Assembly (NCBI RefSeq): GCF_009914755.1
Contig: NC_060943.1
Source: the human T2T-CHM13v2.0 reference genome, Homo sapiens
DNA: 64,000 nucleotides
Strand: one strand, 5' to 3'
A program made the position numbers and the translations under genes. Positions 52,207-64,000 of the stretch are shown in pieces. Below the pieces are notes generated by a model. That model did no database searches and had not been told where the DNA came from. It saw only the letters and a program-made list of their open reading frames with translations. Positions within the stretch are counted from its first letter, which is position 1. Every line of letters starts with the position of its first letter.

Positions 52207-53211
52207 TGAAGGGGGCCTGCCCCTCCACACCTGTTGGTATTTCTCGCAAGGTGGAGACAAGAGACTGAGAAAAGGAAATAAGACACAAAGTATAGAGGAA
52301 GAAAAGTGGGCCCAGGAGACGGGTGCTCAGCAAGTGAGGATCTGCACCGGCACTGGTCTCTGAGTTCCCTCAGTATTTATTGATCACTTTCTCTACTATC
52401 TGGGCAAGGGGGATGTGGCAGGACTATAGGGTAATGGTAGGGAGAGGGTCAGCAGGAAAATGTGAGCAAAGGACGCTATGTCACAAATAAGTTTAAGGAA
52501 CGGTGCTGTGCCTGGATGTGCATGTAGGCCAGATTTATGTTTCACTTTACACAAACATCTCAGTGCAGTATTGCCGCCAGCATGTCTCACCTCCAGCCAT
52601 AAGGCGGTTTTCTCCTATCTCAGTAAATAGAATGTGCAATCGGGTTTTACACCAAGACATTCCATTCCCAGGGATGAGCAGGAGACAGATGCTTTCCTCT
52701 TATCTCAACTGCAAAGAGGCCTTCCTCTTTCACTAATCCTCCTCAGCACAGACCCTTTACGGGTGTCAGGCTGGGGGACAGTAAGGTCTTTCCCTTCCCA
52801 CAAGGCCATATCTCAGGCTGTCTCAGTGGGGGGAAACCTTGGACAATACCCGGGCTTTCTTGGGCAGAGGTGCCTGCGGCCTTCCACAGTGCACTGTGTC
52901 CCTGGGTAACCGAGAATGGAGCATGGCGATGCCTTTTACCAAGCATACTGCCTGCAAACACATTTTTAACAAAGCACATCCTGCACAGCCCTAAATCCAT
53001 TAAACCTTGAGTCAACACAGCACATGTTTTTGCAAGCACAGGGTTGGGGCTAAGGTTACAGATTAACAGCATCTCAAAGCAGAAGAATTTTTCTAAGTAC
53101 AGATCAAAATGGAGTTTCTTGTGTCTTCCTTTTTCTACATAGACACAGTAACAGTCTGATCTCTCTTTTCCCCACAAGTAACAGTCTGATCTCTCTTTCT
53201 TTTCCCCCGCA
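52207..53211 (-). mobile_element. HERV-K(HML-2) solo LTR, older LTR5A/B type
   Basis: Reverse strand TG(C/T)GGGG...AGAGAGATCAGACTGTTAC through ...GGCCCCCTTCA; TSD CGTAT / CATAT; AATAAA at 52381-52376. Confidence 0.88.
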
Positions 53212-53243
53212 CATATACTGACCTAACCATAAGAAGTCAGTGA

Positions 53244-53573
<330 letters not shown>

Positions 53574-53604
53574 TGATCCGCCTGCGTCAGCCTCCCAGTC
53601 TGTC

Positions 53605-54040
53605 CCCTCACCACTACTCTCTTTCACGGAGACCCCACCCCCATCTCTCCCTTCACCGACTCCCCGCCCCCGTCTCTCGCTCACGGAGTCCCCGCCCCTG
53701 TCTCAACCAAGACCGAGTCCCCGCCCCCATCTCTCCCTCGCCGAGTCGCCGCCCGCGTCTCTCCCTCACCCAGACCCCGCCCCATCTCTCCCTCACCGAG
53801 ACCCCGCCCCATCTCCCCCTCACCGAGACTCCGCCCCCGTCTCTCCCTCACCCAGACCCCGCCCCCATCTCCCTCTCACCGAGTCCCCGCCCCCATCTCT
53901 CCCTCACCAAGACCTTGCCCCCATCTCCCCCTCACCGAGGCTCCGCCCCCGTCTCACCCTCACCGAGACCCCACCCCCATCTCGCCCTTCACCCAGTCCC
54001 CGCTCCCATCTCTCCCTCACCGAGACCCCGCCCCCGTCTG
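53605..54040. repeat. GC-rich minisatellite, ~27-bp unit CCCCGCCCC(C/A)(G/T)CTC(T/C)CCCTCACCGAG(A/T); copy A
   Basis: Directly visible tandem units; extra units at ~53290-53340 are separated by an Alu. Confidence 0.92.
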
Positions 54041-54044
54041 CCTC

Positions 54045-54520
54045 CCTCCGGGTGGCTAAGCCGCACCTGAAGCCGCACCTGGTCGCAGAGGCTACTGCTG
54101 GGGAAACCGTTGGGCCAGCGGCGGCTAAAGGGCAGGAGGCGCCGCTGTGGCCACGCGCACTTCTGATTCCGCTCCAGGGTTTCAGAAGGAACTGAGGGCT
54201 CTGGACCCGGCCTCGGAGGCCTGAGGAGTTGGGAGGGGCGGCGGCCGCGTCCTCCGCAACTCTGGGGAGAAGTCTTAGTTTCCGCGCAGCCAAACGCGAT
54301 TGGACCCCGCCCTCCGGCTTCACTGGGGACCGTGGGGGCGGAACCCGGCGGGAGGACGTATGGGGGGCTGGACCATGATGGAGGGAGTCGGTTGGGCTGG
54401 ACCTCGAAATGCCTCTGCTCGCTTTCCTCTGCGCTTATGCCGCCATGTACGAGTATGCGCTGTTTCCAGGTGGTTTGTTATACAGCAGTAGATAACTGAT
54501 ACATCCCTTTTCACTAATAT
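54045..54520 (-). promoter_or_regulatory. CpG-island promoter-like block, copy A
   Basis: CpG-rich, GC box plus CCAAT (reverse of GATTGGACCCCGCCC), donor-like CAG|GTGCGG; close paralog at 61045-61510. Confidence 0.7.
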
Positions 54521-54949
54521 TTTTATTTCCTAATACAATTTTTAAATAATTTTTTATTTTATACCAAAAATAATAGTGAAGAGGGTTTTTTTAAGGTCAG
54601 GATCTCCCTCTGTTGCCCAGGCTGGAGTGAGTGGCGCAATCATGGCTCCCGCCCCCGTCTGTCCCTCACCGGGTGCCCGCCCCCATGTCCCCCTCACCGA
54701 GACCCTCACCACTGCAGCCTCCAACCCCTGGGCTAAAGTGACCCTCCGGCCTCAATTCCTCTAGTAGGTGGGACTACAGGCTCGTGACACCACAGCAGGC
54801 TAATTTTTTGTGGAGATAGCGGTTGCACTATATTGCCCAGGTTGGTCTTGAACTCCTGGGCTCAAGGGATTCTCCTACCTCAACCTCCCAGTTTGTAATC
54901 AGTCTTCAAAGTGTTGGGATTACAGACGTGAGCCACCGCTCCAGGCCTG

Positions 54950-55700
54950 GTTTTTCCACATGGATTATGTACATGTGGCTTCTCACCACGTTGAGTCGAT
55001 GCCTGTCAATTAAGGGATAACTAATCAACTGAAGACTTTGTCACTCTTATTGCACTCATAGGGATTCTCCCCCATGGAAAGTCTGTCTTGACAAGCAAGC
55101 AAGTGCATTGCTACATTAGAAGCTGCTGCCATTTAGGTTGGGTGTGGTGGCTCATGCCTATAATCCCAGCACATTTGGAGGCCGAAGTGGGCGGATCAGT
55201 TGTGGTCAGGAGTTTGAGACCAGCATGGCCAACATGGTGAAAACTCATCTCTACTAAAAATGCAAAGATTAGCCGGGCGTGGTGGTATATGCCTGTAATC
55301 CCAGCTACTTGGGAGGCTGATGTGGGAGAATCGCCTGAACCCGGGAGGAGAAGATTGCAGGAGCCGAGATCATGCCACTGCAACCCAGCCTGGGTGACAG
55401 AGCAAGACGCGAGACTCTGTCGCAAAAAAAAAAAAAAAATTGCTGCCATTTTCAGAGCACCTAGACTGCTTCTGCCTTGTCTGAATTCCTTCAAATTGAG
55501 TACGATGAATGCTTTGCCATAGGTTCCATTATAGTCATGACATTCATAAGGCTTTTCATACACAGATATTTTATTCTGATAGTCATCTAAACAAAAACTG
55601 AATTCTGTGTAAATATTCAACATGCGAGTCTCATTTATGGACGACGTGCCTACTTGTGAGACCTCTCTGTGAGTAAGCATATTTTGAATAGGTTTAGAAT
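54950..55700 (-). pseudogene. Degenerate C2H2 zinc-finger remnant interrupted by an Alu
   Basis: Reverse strand [45 protein letters not shown]; Alu TSD TGCTGCCATTT. Confidence 0.65.
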
Positions 55701-55960
55701 GTTCCCCAAGTTCATGAAACTCAGAAACTCTCTCCTGAAGGGTGGCTTCTCTTGGGCATAGACAAGGAGAACCTTGTCTCCAGGTTCTTCCCATTGTGGG
55801 GTGGCTCTTCCATCTCATGGCCTCCCTGACTCGTGCTGCGGAGAACCGGCAATCATCCTCCTGCATCTTACTCTCTTCCGGCCAGCAGATTGTTTTCCCC
55901 AACTTTATTCCGCTTTGCAGCTATCTTTTTGGTGCTACATGGTCTTCTGGTCTGAAATGA

Positions 55961-56278
<318 letters not shown>

Positions 56279-56857
56279 TGAGCCACCTCGCCTGACCATC
56301 AGTTTGTTTTTTGTTTGTTTTTTTGAGACAGTGTCTCACTCTGTCACCCAGGCTGGAGTGCAGTGGTGCGATCACAACTCACTACAGCCTCAAACTCCTG
56401 GGCTCAAGTTATCGTCCTGCTGCAGCCTCCCAGTGCTGGGAGTACAGGTATGAGTCACTGTGCCAGGCCTTCAAAATTTATGTTTTTGGATAAAAAATGA
56501 TGACATAATGGTGCTTTGTTTTGTTTTGTTTTTGACACAAGATCTAGCTTTGTCACCCAAGCTGGAGTGCAGTGACGTGATCATGGCTCAATGCAGCTTC
56601 GACTTCCTGGGCTCAGAGGATCCTCCCACCTCAGCCCCCCAAGTAGCTGGAACTACAGTTGCACACCACCATGCCCGGCTAATTTTTGTATTTTTGGTAG
56701 AGACGGGGTTTCACCATGTTGCCCAGGCTAGTCTGGAACTTCTGAGCTCAAGCGATCCGCCCGCCTCGGCCTCACAAAGTGCTGGGATTACAGGAGTGAG
56801 CCACTGCATCCAGCTCGATAATGGTGATTTTTTTTTAAGATTTTTTTTTTTTTTTGA

Positions 56858-57019
<162 letters not shown>

Positions 57020-57498
57020 TAGAGACGGGGTTTCTCCATGTTGGCCAGGCTAGTCTTGAACTCCCACCCTCAGGTGATCCGCCCACCTCGGCCTCCCAAA
57101 GTGCTGGTATTACAGGCATGAGCCACCGCACCCAGCTAAGAATTTTTGTTTTTTTAAGAATAAGAAAAAAGACTCCGTCTGAAAAAAAAAAAAGGAAAGA
57201 AAAAAATAAAGTCCAGGCCCATGTAGATTTTTTCATATACTGACCTAAACATAAGAAGTCAGTGAGACTGGGAAATATGCATCATTGCAATATGCAGCCT
57301 CACAATATCTGGCCCTCATCTCTCCCTCACTGAGACCCCGCCCCCGTCTCTCACCTCATCGAGAACCCGCGCTCATCCTTCTCTGAGAACCCGCCCCCAT
57401 CTCTCCATCACCAAGACCCTGCCTCCGTCTGTCCCCTCGATGACTCTGCTCTGCCCACCCCTCACCGAGATCTAACCTCTGTCTGTCCCCTCACCGAG

Positions 57499-58437
57499 TG
57501 AAGGGGGCCTCCCCCTCCACACCTCTGGGTATTTCTCGTCAGGTGGGATGAGAGGCTGAGAAAAGAAATAAGACACAGAGACAAAGTATGGAGAAAGAAC
57601 AGTGGGCCCAGGGGACCTGCACCGCTGGCTGTCTCTGAGTTTCCTCGGTATTTACTGATCATTATTTTTACTATCTTAGTGAGGGGAGTGTAGCAGGGCA
57701 ACAGGTGGGGAGAAGGTCAGCAGGGAAACATGTGAGCAAAGGAATCTGTATCACGAATAAGTTCAAGGAAAGGTACTGTGCCTGGATGTGCACGTAGGCC
57801 TGATTTAAGTTTCACTTTACACAAACATCTCAGTGTAGCAAAGAGTAACAGAGCAGTATTGCTGCCAGCATATCCCGCCTCTAGTCACAGGGCAGTTTTC
57901 TCCTATCTCAGAATTGAACGAATGGGAATGGTCAGTTTACACGGAGACATTCCATTCCCAGGAAGGAGCAGGAGAGAGAAGCCTTCCTCTTATCTCAACT
58001 GCAAAGAGGCCTCCCTCTTTCACTACTCCTCCTCAGCACAGACCCTTTAGGGGTGTCAGGCTGGGGGATGGTAAGGTCTTTCCTTTCCCATGAGGCCATA
58101 TCTCAGGCCATCTCAGAGCTTTCTTGGGCAGAGGTCCCTGCGGCTTTCCGCAGTGCATTGTGTCCCTGGTTAATCGAGAATGGAGAATGGCGATGACTTT
58201 TACCAAGCATACTGCCTGCAAACATACTGTTAACAAGGCATCCTGCACAGCCCTAAGTCCATTAAACTTTGATTCAATACAGCACATGTTTCTGTGAGCA
58301 CAGGGTTGGGGCTAAAGTTAAGACTCACAGCATCTCAAAGCAAAACAATGTTTCTTAATACAGATCAAAGTGGAATTTATGTCTTCCTTTTCTACATAGA
58401 CATAGTAACAATCTGATCTCTCTTTCTTTTCCCCACA
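57499..58437 (-). mobile_element. Second HML-2 solo LTR (LTR5A/B type) inserted in the minisatellite
   Basis: Same LTR5 termini; 6-bp TSD ACCGAG / ACTGAG. Confidence 0.88.
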
Positions 58438-58460
58438 ACTGAGTCCCGGGCTCCATCTCC

Positions 58461-59735
<1,275 letters not shown>

Positions 59736-61030
59736 GACTCCCGCATCACTGAGTCCCGGTCCTCCTATCCTACACGGAGTCTCTACCTTCATCTCCACAC
59801 TCAGGGAGACTCCACCTCGGTCTCCGCCTTCACTGAATCCCCGCCCCCATTGCGCCTTCACTGAGACACCAGCCCCATCTACGCTCACAGAGACCTTACC
59901 CCGTCTCCCCGTCACCGAGACCGCTCCCCCATCTCGCCCTCACCAAGTCCCCGCCCCCGCCTCGCCCTCACCGAGTCCCCATCCCTGTCTCTCCCCCACT
60001 GAGACCCCGCCCCCGTCTCGCCCTCATCGAGTCTCCGCCCCCGTCCTCCGTCATCGAGTCTCCGCCCCGCCTCGCCCTCACCGAGTCCCCGCCCCCGCCT
60101 CCCCCTCACTGAGTCCCCATCCCTGCCTCTCCCTTACTGAGACCCCGCCCTCGTCTCTCCCCTCACGGAGACCCCGCCCCCGACTCCCCCTCATCGAGTA
60201 CCCGCCCCGTCTATCCTTCATCAAGTCTCCACCCCCGCCTCTCCCTCACCGAGTCCCCGCCCCCGCCTCCCCCTCACCGAGTTCCCATCCCTGTCTCTCC
60301 CCTCACCGAGACCCCGCCCCCGCCTCTCCCTCATCGAGTCCCCGCCACCGTCTCTCCTTCATCGAGTCCCCTACCCTTCCCGTCATCGAGTCCCCGGCCC
60401 CGTCTCCCCCTCATCGAGTCCCCGCCCTCTTCTCTCCCTTCACTGAGATCCCGCCCTCTTCTCTCCCCTCACTGAGGTCCCGCCTCTGACAGCCCCTCAC
60501 CGAGTCCCCGCCCCCCGTCTCTCCCTCACCGAGTCCTCGTCCCAGTCTCCCCATCACCTAATCCCCACCCCTGTCTCTCCCTTACGAAGTCCCCGGCCCC
60601 CGGTTCCCCTCACCGAGACCCTGCCCTGTCTGTCATCGAGTCCCTGTCTCCCCCTCACCTAGTCCCTCTTCTCTCCCCTCACCGAGTCCCCGCCCCCGTC
60701 GTCCGCTCACCAAGTCCCCGCCCCCGTCTCCCCCTCACCGAGTCCCGCCCTCTTCTCTTCCCTCACCGAGTCCCCGCCCCCGTCGTCCCCTCACCGATTC
60801 CCGCCCCCGTCTCCCCGTCACCGAGTCCCCGCCCCCGTCTCTCCCCTCACCGATTCCCCGCCTCCGTCTCCCCTCACCGATTCCCGCCCCTGTCTCTCCC
60901 TCACCGAGTCCCCGCCCCCGTCAATCCTCTCACCGAGTCCCCGCCTCCGTCTCCCCTCACCAAGTCTCCGCCCCCGTCTCTCGGTCACCAAGACCCCACC
61001 CCCGTCTCCCCCTCACCGAGTCCCTGCCCG
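59736..61030. repeat. GC-rich ~27-bp minisatellite, copy B (~1.3 kb; more units at 57310-57498)
   Basis: Directly visible tandem CCCCGCCCCCGTCTCCCCCTCACCGAGT units. Confidence 0.95.
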
Positions 61031-61044
61031 GGTCTTCCTGCCTC

Positions 61045-61510
61045 CACGTGGCGAAGCCGCACCTGAAGCCCCACCTGGTCGCAAAGGCTGGTGCAGGGGA
61101 AACCGTTGGTTCAGCTGCGGTTCCTGGGAAGGGGGTGCCGCTCTGATCACGCGCACTTCTGATTCCCCTCTCGGGGCTCGGAAGCGGCTGAGGGCTCTGG
61201 ACCCGGTCTCCGAGGCGTGAGGCGGTGGGAGGGTCGGCGGCCGCGTCCTCCACGACCCTGGGGAGAAGTCCCAGTTTCCGCGCAGCCGACAACGGTTGGA
61301 CCCCGTCCCTCCGGCTTCACTGGGCACCGTGGGGGCAGAACCCGGCGGCGGCTTGGGGTGGGGGCGGGACCACGATGGAGGGAGTCTGTTGGGCGGGACC
61401 TCGAAATGCCTCTGCTCGCTTTCCTCTGCATTCATGCGGCTTGTACGAGGATGCGCTGTTTCCTGGTGGTTTGTTATACGGCAGTAGATAACTGATACAT
61501 CTCTCTTCAC
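61045..61510 (-). promoter_or_regulatory. CpG-island promoter-like block, copy B
   Basis: Colinear with 54045-54520 (CACGCGCACTTCTGATTCC, GAGGGCTCTGGACCCGG, GGACCTCGAAATGCCTCTGCTCGCTTTCCTCTGC, GCAGTAGATAACTGATACATC). Confidence 0.7.
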
Positions 61511-62429
61511 TACTTTGTTTGCGTTTTTATAGGTCAGGGTCTTCCTCTGTCGCACAGGCTGGAGTGCAGTGGCTCGATCACGGCTCACGGAAACCTCCAA
61601 TCCCTGGGCTCAAGCGATCTTCCCTCAAATTCAACAGTAGCTGGAACTACAGGCTCGTGACACCACAGCAGGCTAATTTTTAAATTTTTCGTGGAGATGG
61701 GAGGTCACACTATATTGCCCAGGCTGGTCGCGAACTCCTGAGCTCAAGCGATCTTCCCTCCTTGGCGTCCCAAAGAGCTGAGATTGCAGGTATGAACCAC
61801 CGCACCGGGCCCATTCTCAACATCTCTCAACAAACTGATAAAGAGCATGTAAAAAAATCTACAGCTAACATTGTAGTGAAATACTGAAAACTGTTCTAAG
61901 CTCAGGAGTACAGCAACGATGCCCACTCTCACGAATTCTATCAAGCATTGTAGTTACGGCCACGCGCGGCTCACGCCTGAGATCCTAACACTTTGGAAGG
62001 AAGATCGCTTTGAGTTCAGGAGTTTGAGACCAGCCTGGGCAAGATGGCAAAACCCTGTCTCAATTTTAAAAAATACAAAAATTAGCCAGGCATGGTGATG
62101 CATGTCTATAGTCCCAGCTACTTCGGAGACTGACACAGGAGGATCACTTGAGCCCGGAGGCAGAGGTTGTAGTGAGCTGAGATGGCAACATTGCACTCCA
62201 GCTGGGGCGACAGAGGAAGGCCCTGTCTGAAAAAGAAATTGGAAGAAACATTATCTACATTTCTTTTCTGCCATTATTTACAGACAACATAATTGTCTAA
62301 GTGGGAGATCCAAAAGAATCTAAATTGTTACACATAATGTGCGGGTTAGCAAGAATAGTGGCTAAAAACTCAATATGCAAAGATAATTGTCTTGTCTCTC
62401 TCTTTTTTTTTTTTTTTTTTTTTTTTTGA

Positions 62430-62531
<102 letters not shown>

Positions 62532-63078
62532 TGAGTAGCTGGGATTACAGGCGCATGCCACCACGCCCAGCTAATTTTTGTATGTTTTTAGTAGAGACGG
62601 GGCTTCGCCACGTTGGCAAGGCCGGTCTGGAACTCCTGACCTCAGGTATTCCGCTGGCCTCGGCATCCCAAAGTGCTGGGATTACAGGCGTGAGGCACCG
62701 CACCCGGCCGACTTGTCTCTTTTAACAGCAATATTACAACAGCAATAAAATAAGTAGAAATAAATACAACAAAAAAGTATGCAATATCTCTTCCGAGAAA
62801 TTTGTAAACTACTATTGAAAGAAATCAAAGATGACCTAGATCAATGGATAGACCTTCCTTGTTGATGGATTAGAAGTTTCAATATAAAGACTTGAATTCT
62901 TCTTACTTAATATAGAAAGTTAACAAGTTTTCAGTCAAAATAACATGTTTGATGAGGAACCTGATCTACTTATAATAAAATGTATGTATGTGGAGGTACA
63001 AAATACTCCTGAAGAACTGTTGGCACTTACCCTACAGACATTAAGAAATAGAAAGACAGGGTCGGGCACGGTGGCTTA

Positions 63079-63378
<300 letters not shown>

Positions 63379-63714
63379 TTAAACCAATAAATAGAATAGA
63401 AAGCCCCAAAATACACCCTTATGAATGAGGTGTGTTCTTGGCCATTATGAATAATGCTGCTATAAACGTGGGTGGTCAAATATCTTTTTGAGAGCCTGTT
63501 TTCCATTCTTTTAGATATATACCCAGAAGTGGGATTGCTAGACCATGTGATAATACCAATTTTAATTTTTTGAACCACTGCCATACTGGTTTTCATAGCT
63601 GCTGCACCGTTTTATAGTCTCACTAACAGTGCACAGGTGGGCCAGGTGTGCTGGTTTTCATGCCTGTAATCCCAGCACTTTGGGAGGCTGAGGTGGATGG
63701 ATCACCTGAATTCA

Positions 63715-63984
<270 letters not shown>

Positions 63985-64000
63985 TCATCCTAAGTTTGGT

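Noticed and set aside
55111-55902. 263-aa ORF as an intact gene
   Set aside because: Non-ATG start, roughly a third is antisense Alu, and the rest is decayed zinc-finger/linker sequence.

Overview
Alu-dense primate DNA, very likely human (it carries an AluYa5). The gene content fits the chr19p13.2 KRAB-zinc-finger cluster. The only intact protein-coding gene is ZNF846 on the minus strand: five coding exons at 33088-25613 splice to 1602 nt = 533 aa plus stop, with a GC-AG first coding intron and a CpG-island promoter near 36.9 kb. Other contents: an orphan paralogous KZNF-type promoter at ~3.6-4.2 kb; remnants of an ancient class III-like ERV pol at ~7-8.3 kb; a full-length but defective HERV-F/H-related provirus (9893-20111, TSD TTACT) with an L1PA inserted in its integrase; a UBE2L3 retropseudogene; five ERVK-class solo LTRs; and a local duplication (~51.9-55.0 kb and ~56.5-61.8 kb) of a CpG-island promoter plus a GC-rich ~27-bp minisatellite, each copy independently invaded by LTRs. 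Most short ORFs in the track are Alu or repeat artefacts. I see no clear novel protein-coding system. The best leads are regulatory and evolutionary: an 11-bp duplication that re-started ZNF846, intronised and decayed zinc fingers, a promoter / splice-donor-like VNTR / LTR poly(A) module present twice, and a young inverted Alu pair in the probable 3' UTR. Repeat subfamily names and paralog sequences are from memory, not from a database search.
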